DNA of 49,023 bases from Candidatus Micrarchaeota archaeon (lineage in GTDB: Archaea; Micrarchaeota; Micrarchaeia; Anstonellales; JAGGVH01): positions 1-49,023 of the forward strand of contig JAGGVH010000016.1 of the NCBI GenBank assembly GCA_021158105.1. The letters are read 5' to 3'. Positions 20,541-29,967 of the stretch are shown here, piece by piece. Positions within the stretch are counted from its first letter, which is position 1. Each line of letters starts with the position of its first letter. The position numbers and the translations under genes were made by a program. The notes under the pieces are model-generated. The model saw only the letters and a program-made list of their open reading frames with translations, had not been told where the DNA came from and did no database searches.

Positions 20541-21500
20541 TCAACTGGTTAGAACATTCTTTGGTGATGAATTTATCATCTTAACATTGACAACTACACA
20601 ACCGTTATCAGAATACACTTCAAACAGTCCTGTCTCAGTTTCTGGGTTTATCAACCATTCAGGAATTCTGTCAAGTATCATATAATCTATCTTGTTATTG
20701 CGCATAAACGAACGAATATTGTTAGGTTCAACTACTCCATCAAATGCAACATACGGAACATTATAATATTCCGCAAGCATAGAATAATTCTTTTGTATTC
20801 CTATATTGTATCCTTCCTGCTCCTGCTCTGAAAGGTTTAATACTGTCCAAACAAAACATTCTGTCATGTTTGATAAGAACAAACCGCGTGTAGTGTTGAA
20901 AAGTGAGAGGTTGATTGTTTTGTTTGTGGCACACCATTCCTTAAACTTGTGAATGTTTTTGTTTTCGCAATCACTAAAATTTTCCTTTTCATAGACACTG
21001 ATATAACATTTCTCTATGTTGTCATTGTTTGATGAACCGGCTGAATATAAATCACATGCATTGATATTCCCAAAGTAAACGCCGTTATAAAGATAACATT
21101 TATTCTTGACCGTGGTATTATTAATCTTTGAACATGAATCAATGTTGTTATCTGCCGTTGCAATTTTATAATAACAATCGTCAGGCAATGAAGTAAAAGA
21201 GCAGACTTCAGAATTATTGAGTTTTACCCCGCAAGCAATAAAACAGTCGTCCTTTTTAGTATCATTCTCAAACGACCCGCAATCGCCAACAGTATATATA
21301 GAATAATCTTCAAATGTAATACCAACCTTTTTTGTCAAGATCATTTGTTCATCAGAATATGTTTTATAACTTGTTGTGTTCCACAATTCCGGGCCGACCA
21401 CTACACTCTTACCTGTTGCAATTTTATGATTGTTCCCCACACACCCAAAAAATAGTATTGAAGAAAATAATATTATTAATAAAATATTATTCTTTAACAT
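20541..21500 (-). CDS. Putative surface lipoprotein with Cys-pair repeats
   Basis: Signal peptide ending FFGC; about four repeats of C(Y/F)x~13C; many N-x-S/T sequons. Confidence 0.7.
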   Translation of the reverse strand: MLKNNILLIILFSSILFFGCVGNNHKIATGKSVVVGPELWNTTSYKTYSDEQMILTKKVGITFEDYSIYTVGDCGSFENDTKKDDCFIACGVKLNNSEVCSFTSLPDDCYYKIATADNNIDSCSKINNTTVKNKCYLYNGVYFGNINACDLYSAGSSNNDNIEKCYISVYEKENFSDCENKNIHKFKEWCATNKTINLSLFNTTRGLFLSNMTECFVWTVLNLSEQEQEGYNIGIQKNYSMLAEYYNVPYVAFDGVVEPNNIRSFMRNNKIDYMILDRIPEWLINPETETGLFEVYSDNGCVVVNVKMINSSPKNVLTS

Positions 21501-21777
21501 CTGGAACCACCCGCCTCCATGAACCTCCAATATAATGCCATAATTGTTTTGTTGTTGAATCATAGACAAGTGATGTTTTGTTTGCAACCTCTATCGGCCT
21601 GTCAATCTCAATGAAAATCTTATTCATCGTCCATTTAATCTTATCCTTAAAAGGATTACGTTCTATGATATAAACCTTGCCCCTTTCCTTTTTAATTCTT
21701 TCACACCAGTCAATAATCATATTTATATCCTTTTGTGAAACCAATGTACCACCATACCATAACCTTACAGAAAACAA
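21487..21777 (-). CDS. Small hypothetical protein (start uncertain)
   Basis: ORF fills the gap in a tightly packed minus-strand run. Confidence 0.6.
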   Translation of the reverse strand: MFSVRLWYGGTLVSQKDINMIIDWCERIKKERGKVYIIERNPFKDKIKWTMNKIFIEIDRPIEVANKTSLVYDSTTKQLWHYIGGSWRRVVPDVKE

Positions 21778-21786
21778 AGTATAAAA

Positions 21787-22248
21787 TTACCTTTTCTTGG
21801 TTTTTGTTCTACGCTTTGTAGTTTGTTTAGAACTCTTTCTCTTCTTCACAGACATCTTAGATTTTGACCGCTGTTTAACCTTTACCTTTTTAACAGGCTT
21901 AGCCTTACTCTTAACTCCCCTATCAGAACTAACTATGGTTTTTGTGGTTTTAGGAGCAATACTGACTTTAGGGGTTAAGACAACAGGCTTATCTTTGATT
22001 TTAGTGAATGTGTCAACAATCTTTTTCCTCTTTTTATATTTATCAATGAAAAGCAGTATTATCCCAAGCGGAACAGTGATTATCGTTATAATTATAAATG
22101 ATATAAAAACAAGCCAAACAATATCATTGGACACAGTAACGTTAAACATTCCACTCTGTATGATTAAACATCCAAATGCTCCAACAAATGAAAAAAATCC
22201 TATCACCAGCAAAACCAATCCAGCCATTTTCATAGTTATCACCATCAT
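21787..22248 (-). CDS. Membrane protein (2 TM) with Lys/Arg-rich tail
   Basis: Two hydrophobic helices followed by a basic low-complexity C-terminus. Confidence 0.7.
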   Translation of the reverse strand: MMVITMKMAGLVLLVIGFFSFVGAFGCLIIQSGMFNVTVSNDIVWLVFISFIIITIITVPLGIILLFIDKYKKRKKIVDTFTKIKDKPVVLTPKVSIAPKTTKTIVSSDRGVKSKAKPVKKVKVKQRSKSKMSVKKRKSSKQTTKRRTKTKKR

Positions 22249-22310
22249 TATTCAATCATAAACAATATAAATATTGGTGTCAGACTCACATTTTTCTACT
22301 TTTGCTATAT

Positions 22311-22470
22311 TGGACCCGCCGGGATTTGAACCCGGAACCTCTGCCTTTTTCAATATAGTTTACAATCCTTACTTCATAAAGAATGTTTCTTTTTGGGATG
22401 AAACACTTTTTCTTTACAAAGAAAAAGGGTTTCATGCGAAGGCAGCACGCTACCGTTGCGCCACGGGCCC
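22311..22470 (-). tRNA. tRNA-Ala(CGC) with 88-nt intron at 37/38 (22347-22434)
   Basis: Acceptor GGGCCCG/CGGGTCC-A with G3:U70 Ala determinant, anticodon stem CTGCC/GGCAG, loop TT-CGC-A|A, T-loop TTCAAAT, BHB helix TTCG/TGAA. Confidence 0.94.
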
Positions 22471-22546
22471 TATAAAGATTGCTAACATATTTTAGATAGT
22501 TTAATTTATATTGATTACTAAAAACCAAAAAAGAAGAATAAAAAAA

Positions 22547-23251
22547 TTAAATCAATTTTTCAAGGTCTTTCTGTTTCTTCTTAGCAACTACCCTTACTGT
22601 ATCCTTTGTACCAAGGCCGATCGCTATTGCACCACCTAATCCTATTGCTATCGCAATCGCTGCAAAGAATGCGTTGACTGCAGTCATGAATGTGGATTCT
22701 AAAATGATAGTGTTAGCACCTGGCAAAACCAATGGTAATGCCATTACCACACCGATGTAAACTATCACAACTTCCACCAATGTACCTATAGGTTTAGCAA
22801 ACGGCGTAACCCTGCTGGCCTTAATCCTGTCAGTTATATAATCACCAACCAACATTGCAATCACTAAGATTGTTAATCCTTTGACTAAGTCAGGTATGTA
22901 ATTTATTATACCTTGTATATTTGCTGTTAGGAACAAAAATCCTGACATCTGTGCTGCCCATCCAAGAAAGAGCATGAAAATCCATAACTCTAATATGAAC
23001 TTTATTATCCCTGTTAATGTCCAGCCAAGCAATGCATCGTGTAAACCGTGTTGTTTCATGAAAGGCTCAAGTTTAATCTTTCCTGCAGCATACTTCCACA
23101 GCCAACCAGTAATCTTTGCAATTATATAACCGATGATTGCAACTAATATGAAGAAGAATATTGATATTAAACTGTTGACAAAATTAGTTGCAATCATACT
23201 GTAATCAATCTGGTTAAACTGTGTCATCATCGGACCAATTACATCAGTCAT
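22547..23251 (-). CDS. Multi-TM protein, CmpX/MscS-associated TM-helix family
   Basis: IIGYIIAK, INYIPDLV..LV, AIGLGGAIAIGLGTKD pattern. Confidence 0.75.
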   Translation of the reverse strand: MTDVIGPMMTQFNQIDYSMIATNFVNSLISIFFFILVAIIGYIIAKITGWLWKYAAGKIKLEPFMKQHGLHDALLGWTLTGIIKFILELWIFMLFLGWAAQMSGFLFLTANIQGIINYIPDLVKGLTILVIAMLVGDYITDRIKASRVTPFAKPIGTLVEVVIVYIGVVMALPLVLPGANTIILESTFMTAVNAFFAAIAIAIGLGGAIAIGLGTKDTVRVVAKKKQKDLEKLI

Positions 23252-23469
23252 TCACCCACCTCCTAAGATGTTTGGTAACATTTACAACATTTTTTTATAT
23301 AAGAAGTATTAATTAAACATTTAAAAAACTTTGGTTTCTGTTATCAACGAAGTTTATCATTGAATTATCATTGAAACTTTTTTTTTACTATTTAATAAAA
23401 ATTAAATAGTTTTAAAAAGTTAACTAATTAAAATATATTTAATAGCATCTAAAGTTATGAGGTGAGGAT

Positions 23470-24597
23470 ATGAAAATTAGAACTGCAATTGTTGGGGTGG
23501 GGAACTGTTTTGCAGGATTATACCAGGGAATTGAATATTATAAAAAAATGGATACTGAAAGGATTGGATTAATGCATGAGAACATTGGACCGTATTCATG
23601 GAAAGACATTGAATTTGTATTAGCATATGATGTGTCAAAGAATAAAGTCGGTAAACCATTACATGAAGCTGTGTACGCTAAACCAAACTATGTTAAGATT
23701 GTAGATTCAATGCCAGAAAACGGTGTGATAGTTCAAGAAGCACCCGTGCTTGACGGTGTGGGGAAATGGGTCAAGGACATGTTTGAACCTATGGAAAATA
23801 CTGCACCAATTGAAGTATTAAGAGAAAAGATTATTAATGAAATCAAAGAAAACAACATTGACGTTCTCATAAACTATCTTCCAGTTGGAAGCCAGAAGGC
23901 AGTAGAATTCTGGGCAGATGTCGCTCTTGAGAGCGGGACTGCATTTGTTAATTGTATGCCGATATTTATCGCAAGCAATCCTGAATGGGAAAACAAATTT
24001 AGAGAAAAGAATATACCTATAATAGGCGATGATATAAAGTCACAGGTGGGCGCAACCATCATCCACCGCGTGCTCGCAAAACTGTTTGAGGACAGGGGCG
24101 CGATACTTGACAGGTCTTACCAGTTAAACTTTGGGGGCAATACTGATTTCCTTAATATGCTTGAAAGAGAACGGTTGAAATCTAAAAAGATTAGCAAAAC
24201 CGAATCTGTAAAAAGCCAATTGAAAAAACATCCTATAAAGGATGAAAACATCCACATCGGCCCAAGCGATTATGTCCCATTCATGAAGAATAACAAAGTC
24301 GCATACATTAGATTAGAAGGGAGGATGTGGGCAGACGTGCCGTTCAACATTGAACTTAGGTTGGATGTTGATGATAAGCCTAACAGTGCCGGTGTTGCAG
24401 TGGACGCGATAAGATTGGCAAAACTTGCGAAGGATAGGAACATTGGCGGTGCATTGTTAGGACCGTCAGCATATTTGATGAAACATCCTCCTGTTCAATA
24501 CCCAGACCCTGAAGCAAAACAAATGACTGAAGAATTTATAAAAGGCGAACACCAAACCCACCAAAACCAAACAGAGGAAACAAGTGAAACTGTATGA
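23470..24597 (+). CDS. ino1: myo-Inositol-3-phosphate synthase
   Basis: GVGNC, NYLPVGS, GDDIKSQVGAT, QLNFGGNTDFLNM, SKKISKT, DKPNSAG. Confidence 0.96.
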   Translation: MKIRTAIVGVGNCFAGLYQGIEYYKKMDTERIGLMHENIGPYSWKDIEFVLAYDVSKNKVGKPLHEAVYAKPNYVKIVDSMPENGVIVQEAPVLDGVGKWVKDMFEPMENTAPIEVLREKIINEIKENNIDVLINYLPVGSQKAVEFWADVALESGTAFVNCMPIFIASNPEWENKFREKNIPIIGDDIKSQVGATIIHRVLAKLFEDRGAILDRSYQLNFGGNTDFLNMLERERLKSKKISKTESVKSQLKKHPIKDENIHIGPSDYVPFMKNNKVAYIRLEGRMWADVPFNIELRLDVDDKPNSAGVAVDAIRLAKLAKDRNIGGALLGPSAYLMKHPPVQYPDPEAKQMTEEFIKGEHQTHQNQTEETSETV

Positions 24598-25202
24598 TAA
24601 AACAACAATTTTCTAAAGAACAAAAATGGTTAGGTGGCATATTAAAAAAATTGCCAATGTCACCTAATCAGATTACTTTACTTTCAATATTGTTTGCACT
24701 GATTGCAGGAGGATTAATCATTTTTCACCAGTTTGTGTATGGTGCGATATTTTTTCTGGTTGCAGGTGTAATGGATGTGATTGACGGAGCAGTGGCACGT
24801 GCAAAAGACCAAACTACTAAATTTGGCGGCTTCTTAGATGGAGTATCAGACAGGTTTGTAGAAGCAATCTTTCTTTTTTCATTAATGTTTTATGACCTTC
24901 CAACAGTCTTTATCAATCCCCAAGTTTGGCTGGCAGGATTGATATTCATCGGAACATGCATGCCTTCTTTTGTAAGGGCATACGGAGAACATAAACATGT
25001 GATAGACCATAACACTGCAAACAAATTGGGGGGGATATTTGAAAGGAGCGAAAGAATTATCACTATCTTTTTAGGGATTGTGATAGGATTCTTTATTTCA
25101 TGGCAATGGTTTATTTATATTATAATATTATCCATAATATTATCATTAATCACAGTCATCCAACGAATATATATAATTTATAAAGAAACAAAGACTACAT
25201 AA
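24594..25202 (+). CDS. CDP-alcohol phosphatidyltransferase (probable archaetidylinositol-phosphate synthase)
   Basis: PNQIT, DxxDGxxAR, GxxxDxxxDR; overlaps the ino1 stop (ATGA). Confidence 0.9.
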   Translation: MIKQQFSKEQKWLGGILKKLPMSPNQITLLSILFALIAGGLIIFHQFVYGAIFFLVAGVMDVIDGAVARAKDQTTKFGGFLDGVSDRFVEAIFLFSLMFYDLPTVFINPQVWLAGLIFIGTCMPSFVRAYGEHKHVIDHNTANKLGGIFERSERIITIFLGIVIGFFISWQWFIYIIILSIILSLITVIQRIYIIYKETKTT

Positions 25203-25233
25203 TTCCAAGATTCAAAAGGTTAAAGGAGATAGC

Positions 25234-25902
25234 ATGATAAAAGCAGTAATATTTGATTATGATGGAGTGATCGGAGATACTGAGCAGTGGCAGTATCAAA
25301 CATGGAATGAGACGCTTAAACCATACAACATATCCATATCAAAAGAAGAATATATTAAAAAATTATGCGGTCGGCAGGGTGAAGACATTGACAAGGAAAT
25401 CATCAACAAATTCAAACTTAACATCCCATACGGTGCATTAGTCAAAAAGAAAGAAAAACTTATTTTAGAATGGTTCAGAACCAAACCAATCCCCCTTATG
25501 CCCAACGTGAAAAAGATAATCAAAAAGATAAAAGATATGCAGTTGTTGATAGGGATTGCATCATCTGTCCCAACCAATGAATTAAAGATAAAAATCAAAA
25601 AGCTTGGGCTGACTTTTGATGCAATGACTTCTAAAGAAGAAGTCAAACACAGCAAACCCGACCCAGAGATTTATACATTGACTGCAAAAAAATTAAATGT
25701 GGCGCCCATAGAATGTGTGGTGTTTGAGGACAGTTCACCAGGGGTGGTTGCCGCAAAACGGGCGGGCATGTTTGTCATAGCAATACCTACTGAGTGGAGC
25801 GCAAAACAAGATTTCTCAATGGCTGATGCCAATGTTAGAAATTTAAGTGAAGGTCTGGACATTTTAAAAAAATTAATTGATAAAACAAAGCTTAAAATTT
25901 GA
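25234..25902 (+). CDS. HAD-superfamily phosphatase (beta-PGM/Gph-like)
   Basis: FDYDGV.DTE, SS, KPDPEIY, FEDS..G. Confidence 0.92.
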   Translation: MIKAVIFDYDGVIGDTEQWQYQTWNETLKPYNISISKEEYIKKLCGRQGEDIDKEIINKFKLNIPYGALVKKKEKLILEWFRTKPIPLMPNVKKIIKKIKDMQLLIGIASSVPTNELKIKIKKLGLTFDAMTSKEEVKHSKPDPEIYTLTAKKLNVAPIECVVFEDSSPGVVAAKRAGMFVIAIPTEWSAKQDFSMADANVRNLSEGLDILKKLIDKTKLKI

Positions 25903-25907
25903 ACCCA

Positions 25908-26867
25908 TTAGATATGAATCTTTGATAATATCTTTTTAAAATGTAACATCTTTTCAACAGCCTTTCTGCTCCAATCAATCAGATGGATTTTGTCTTCATC
26001 TGTCAATTCAATTATCTGTTTTTCACAAGGTATACTGAGGCGAACCCTTGCAGCCACAGGAAGTTCTTCCCACACCATTTCGCCATCCACATCATCGTAA
26101 ACAACTTTTTCAATGTCTGTTTTATATTTTTCAAGTTCGTGAAGAATAGCATGATTTTTGTCAGGGGATTGGGTGGTGTGGATTATAAGATCTATTGAAT
26201 ACTTTTTTATTGTTGGATTAAAACCAATAGAATAAAAAATATTAGACCGTCCAGAATTGAACATCATAACATGTTGTCCAACCGCAGGTTTAATATGGAC
26301 ATGAAGCGGTGCGAGAGCATCAGACAACAATGAAAAATAGTTTTCATAAGCAATCTTTTTTTCAGTTTTTTGTTTTTCAGTCAGAGTAAACTCAGGTCTT
26401 CTTACAACATTATAATCAAAAGCATACGGAGAATCATTAATTTGATATATTCTGAACTCAACAGCAAAAATGTTTAGTTGTATTATATCCAATGCTGTTA
26501 TATGTTCTTCATTGAATTTCTCTGCAATCCATACAGCAAACCGTGCATCTTCTGCTGCCGAATATGTAACAATTTTCCCAAGGTGATCATGATTTGAAGT
26601 TCCAAACTGCACTTCTATGATTATCTTATCACCAGTTTCCTGTATTGTACCAGTTATATCCTCATAATACCGTCCGGAAAATTTTTGGTGTTCAGTGTCT
26701 ATTATCGTTAATCCTATAGATTCTGATAGGGCGTTCAACATTCCAAACTCATTTTCACTTATATAACTAGTCAGCTCCCTTTCATCATCAAAAACTGTTT
26801 TCGGTTTAATTCTTTTCAATGAAACAAGATTGGTTGTTATTCTGTTTGTTGTATTTTTAGGTTTCAT
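25908..26867 (-). CDS. DUF4268-type protein with N-terminal PD-(D/E)xK-like domain
   Basis: DI..IIIEVQ..SNHDHLGKIVTY..A..AVWIA..F.EEH. Confidence 0.75.
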   Translation of the reverse strand: MKPKNTTNRITTNLVSLKRIKPKTVFDDERELTSYISENEFGMLNALSESIGLTIIDTEHQKFSGRYYEDITGTIQETGDKIIIEVQFGTSNHDHLGKIVTYSAAEDARFAVWIAEKFNEEHITALDIIQLNIFAVEFRIYQINDSPYAFDYNVVRRPEFTLTEKQKTEKKIAYENYFSLLSDALAPLHVHIKPAVGQHVMMFNSGRSNIFYSIGFNPTIKKYSIDLIIHTTQSPDKNHAILHELEKYKTDIEKVVYDDVDGEMVWEELPVAARVRLSIPCEKQIIELTDEDKIHLIDWSRKAVEKMLHFKKILSKIHI

Positions 26868-26922
26868 GATGTTTTTGTACTGCAATCAGTTTATAAACAT
26901 TTCTCCATAATTAACAACCACT

Positions 26923-28167
26923 ATGGTTACAATGATACAACGTAAAATACAAGTTGATAAAATCAGAACTGAGGTTAAAGAGGAAATTGACAAAATAAAG
27001 TATGACAAAGAAAATTTATTATTCTTTATTAATGATCAAAAAAGGATAATAAACGTTGCAATCAAAAAACATATCTCCCCTGAAAGAGTAAAAGAACTTG
27101 AAGACCATCTTGAAAATCTTAAGAAAAGAAAGAAATATGTTGATAAAATAGACACTAACGAATTTTACAAGATAAGATTAAACAAAGAATTGAGGACACA
27201 GGCAATAAAGAATGTTATGGAGATTAAACTCCCTGAACCGCCAATGGAGAAATGGATGGAAATATTGTTTACTAATGAAGAATATGAATCTGTTAAGCAC
27301 AGGACAAAGGTTAACAATAATATTATTGATAAACTTGACATGATGTATAGAATAATAGAAAATATCAAATGTTCAAAAGAATGTGCTGCAAAGATGGCAA
27401 GAGCACATTTTGAACACAATGTCCCAGAAAAATTCTTAACCTATTTACACCTCAACATAAGTCCAATTGAGTGGAAGGAAGCATTCAAGACATTCTGCGA
27501 ACTTGGAGAGTATGCAGTGTGGGCAACACCTGAAGATTGGACAATATTTGGAAAAGGATTGGTTGAAGAAGTTGAGAAAAGAAAACAACATCCGTCAGAA
27601 GAAACAAGAATGTTCTTAGAAAAATATCACATATCAAAAACGTCTGCATTTGCAATCATAAGATTCTTAACAGAAAAAAATATTAACATCCCGAAAAATA
27701 AAGAAGATACAAATAAAATTATCAAGAAGTATGGACAACAAATAATAAACAGTAAATTCATTTTCACAAACAAAAAGGCGTTCTCAAGAATGATGAATAC
27801 TGCTTTCAAAAAAATCTTTAGAGGGCCGCATCTTAAAATCTCAACATCTGTCAAAAATGAAATAAAAGATTATATTGACCCGGAAAGGGTTGAAAAAATA
27901 TTAAACTGTTTTATGAACGGTTACCCCAAAACCAAAAACAACCCAATACATATCACCGATATCAAGGATGCTGTTAAACTGCCAAAAGGTAGTGTAGAAA
28001 AAGTATTAAACTTCTTGAACCATATTGGAATCGTCAGACAATTCTATTCAAAAGATGGTGTTGCAAACAGATATTTTCTAATTTTGGATAGGAATGCAAT
28101 AGATAAGGAATGGCATAACCTTTATGATGAGATTGAAAGGTTTATTAAAGTTACGAACGAGAATTAA
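26923..28167 (+). CDS. Hypothetical protein with C-terminal wHTH-like segment
   Basis: IHITDIKDAVKLPKGSVEKVLNFLNHIGIV near the C-terminus; the rest is helical and charged. Confidence 0.65.
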   Translation: MVTMIQRKIQVDKIRTEVKEEIDKIKYDKENLLFFINDQKRIINVAIKKHISPERVKELEDHLENLKKRKKYVDKIDTNEFYKIRLNKELRTQAIKNVMEIKLPEPPMEKWMEILFTNEEYESVKHRTKVNNNIIDKLDMMYRIIENIKCSKECAAKMARAHFEHNVPEKFLTYLHLNISPIEWKEAFKTFCELGEYAVWATPEDWTIFGKGLVEEVEKRKQHPSEETRMFLEKYHISKTSAFAIIRFLTEKNINIPKNKEDTNKIIKKYGQQIINSKFIFTNKKAFSRMMNTAFKKIFRGPHLKISTSVKNEIKDYIDPERVEKILNCFMNGYPKTKNNPIHITDIKDAVKLPKGSVEKVLNFLNHIGIVRQFYSKDGVANRYFLILDRNAIDKEWHNLYDEIERFIKVTNEN

Positions 28168-28211
28168 TAACTTTGTAGAATTATAAATTTGTAAATTCTT
28201 TGGTTGATATT

Positions 28212-29966
28212 ATGAGTATAAGAATAGCAGTCATTGATAGAAAGAAATGTGTTAAGGATAAATGCGGATACCTGTGCCAAAAATTTTGCCCCGGAGTGTT
28301 GATGGGGGAAGATACTATAACAATCGATGATAAGGGATACCCAGTAATCTCTGAACTGTTGTGTACAGGGTGTGGAATCTGTGTTAAAAAATGTCCTGTC
28401 GATGCAATAACAATCGTAAACCTTCCGATCGAAGGAAAAGAACCAACCTATCAGTACAATGTAAATGCCTTTAGATTGTACGGGATACCTCTGCCCAGTG
28501 AAGGTGTCACGGGATTTGTGGGCAAGAATGGGATTGGAAAGTCCACATCAATGAAGATATTAACAGGCATGCTAAAACCGAACTTTGGGGAATATGACAA
28601 AGAATGGGATTGGAAAGAAATATTAGATAAAATGAACAATATTGAACGTGCGTACTTTAGCAAGATAGCTGATAAAAAGGTTGAAGTGTCTTATAAACCA
28701 CAACACGTTGACATGTTTTTGAGGCCATTCAAGGGCACTGTAGAAGAATTGTTCAGAAAGGTCAACCCCAAAAGGATAGATGTTAATGAAGCTGTTGAGA
28801 TGTTTGAACTTAAACCTATTATGAAACGTAAACTTACTGAGTTGTCAGGAGGTGAACTGCAAAAGATTGCAATCGCAGCAGCATACATAAAAGATGCAGA
28901 ATTTTATTTCTTTGATGAGCCAGCATCATACTTGGATGTTGAACAAAGATTACTTGTTGCAAAGATGATTAAACAGCTTGCAGATGAAAAAAGAGTTATA
29001 GTGATTGAACATGACCTTGCACTGTTTGATTATTTAGCAGATTATGTCTATGTTTTTTACGGACTTGAAAATACTTATGGTGTTGTGTCAGGCATAAAAT
29101 CTGTGAGGAATGGGATCAATGAATACCTGAACGGTTATCTTAAAGATGAAAATGTCAGGTTTAGGGATCATGAAATAATATTCAGCCAAAAAGCTGAGGA
29201 AGAAGGCGAAGGGGAAGTAATGTTGAAATATCCAAAATTCGAAAAGAAATTCAGTAATTTTACATTCTCATCACAGCCAGGAGAAGTTCACAAGGGCGAA
29301 ATAATAGGAATACTCGGGAGGAATGCAATCGGCAAATCATTATTTGTTAAGATGTTGGCAGGGATCGTTAAACCTGACAACATTGAATGGGAAAACACAC
29401 TCAAGGTCTCTTACAAACCACAGTATGTAAAAGCAGAAGAAGACATATTAGTAAACCAGTTGTTTTCAAACGAAAAACTTAATCAGTTCATATTCAACGA
29501 ATCTGTGAGAAAACTAGGGATAAGCAAACTGATGGACAAACCATTGACTTCGTTGTCTGGGGGCGAACTTCAAAGGATAGCAATAACATTGGCATTGTCG
29601 CGTGAAGCTGACATTTATCTGTTTGACGAGCCGTCAGCGTTCCTTGACATTGAACAGAGGTTAGAGTTTGCATCGCTTCTTCATTCTGTGATATCAAATT
29701 CTGACAAGGTATGTTTTGTTGTTGACCATGACTTAGTATTGATTGAACTGCTGGCAAAAAAGGTTATGCTGTTCTCAGGAAAAAGTTCAATCAACGGCAT
29801 GACGTCACAACCTGTTAAAAAGTATGATGGGATGAACCTCTTCCTTAAAAAGATGGGGGTTACGATGCGCAGGGATGCTGACACATTAAGACCGCGAATT
29901 AACAAGCCGGGTTCTGTAAAGGACAGGGAACAGAAAGAAAAAGGAAACTATTATGAAGTTATATAA
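28212..29966 (+). CDS. rli: ABCE1/RLI ribosome recycling ATPase
   Basis: N-terminal Fe-S cysteines (CTGCGICVKKCP), two Walker A motifs, two LSGGELQ signatures, RPRINK.GS.KD. Confidence 0.97.
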   Translation: MSIRIAVIDRKKCVKDKCGYLCQKFCPGVLMGEDTITIDDKGYPVISELLCTGCGICVKKCPVDAITIVNLPIEGKEPTYQYNVNAFRLYGIPLPSEGVTGFVGKNGIGKSTSMKILTGMLKPNFGEYDKEWDWKEILDKMNNIERAYFSKIADKKVEVSYKPQHVDMFLRPFKGTVEELFRKVNPKRIDVNEAVEMFELKPIMKRKLTELSGGELQKIAIAAAYIKDAEFYFFDEPASYLDVEQRLLVAKMIKQLADEKRVIVIEHDLALFDYLADYVYVFYGLENTYGVVSGIKSVRNGINEYLNGYLKDENVRFRDHEIIFSQKAEEEGEGEVMLKYPKFEKKFSNFTFSSQPGEVHKGEIIGILGRNAIGKSLFVKMLAGIVKPDNIEWENTLKVSYKPQYVKAEEDILVNQLFSNEKLNQFIFNESVRKLGISKLMDKPLTSLSGGELQRIAITLALSREADIYLFDEPSAFLDIEQRLEFASLLHSVISNSDKVCFVVDHDLVLIELLAKKVMLFSGKSSINGMTSQPVKKYDGMNLFLKKMGVTMRRDADTLRPRINKPGSVKDREQKEKGNYYEVI

Positions 29967-29967
29967 A

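Noticed and set aside
22347-22434. tRNA-Ala intron as a box C/D guide RNA, or as a relative of repeat B
   Set aside because: No convincing RUGAUGA/CUGA pair; similarity to repeat B is only low-complexity TTTC/GAAA
22274-22528. Short ORFs on both strands over tRNA-Ala (and 10386-10778 over tRNA-Gly/rps7)
   Set aside because: They overlap well-formed tRNA genes and have no protein motifs
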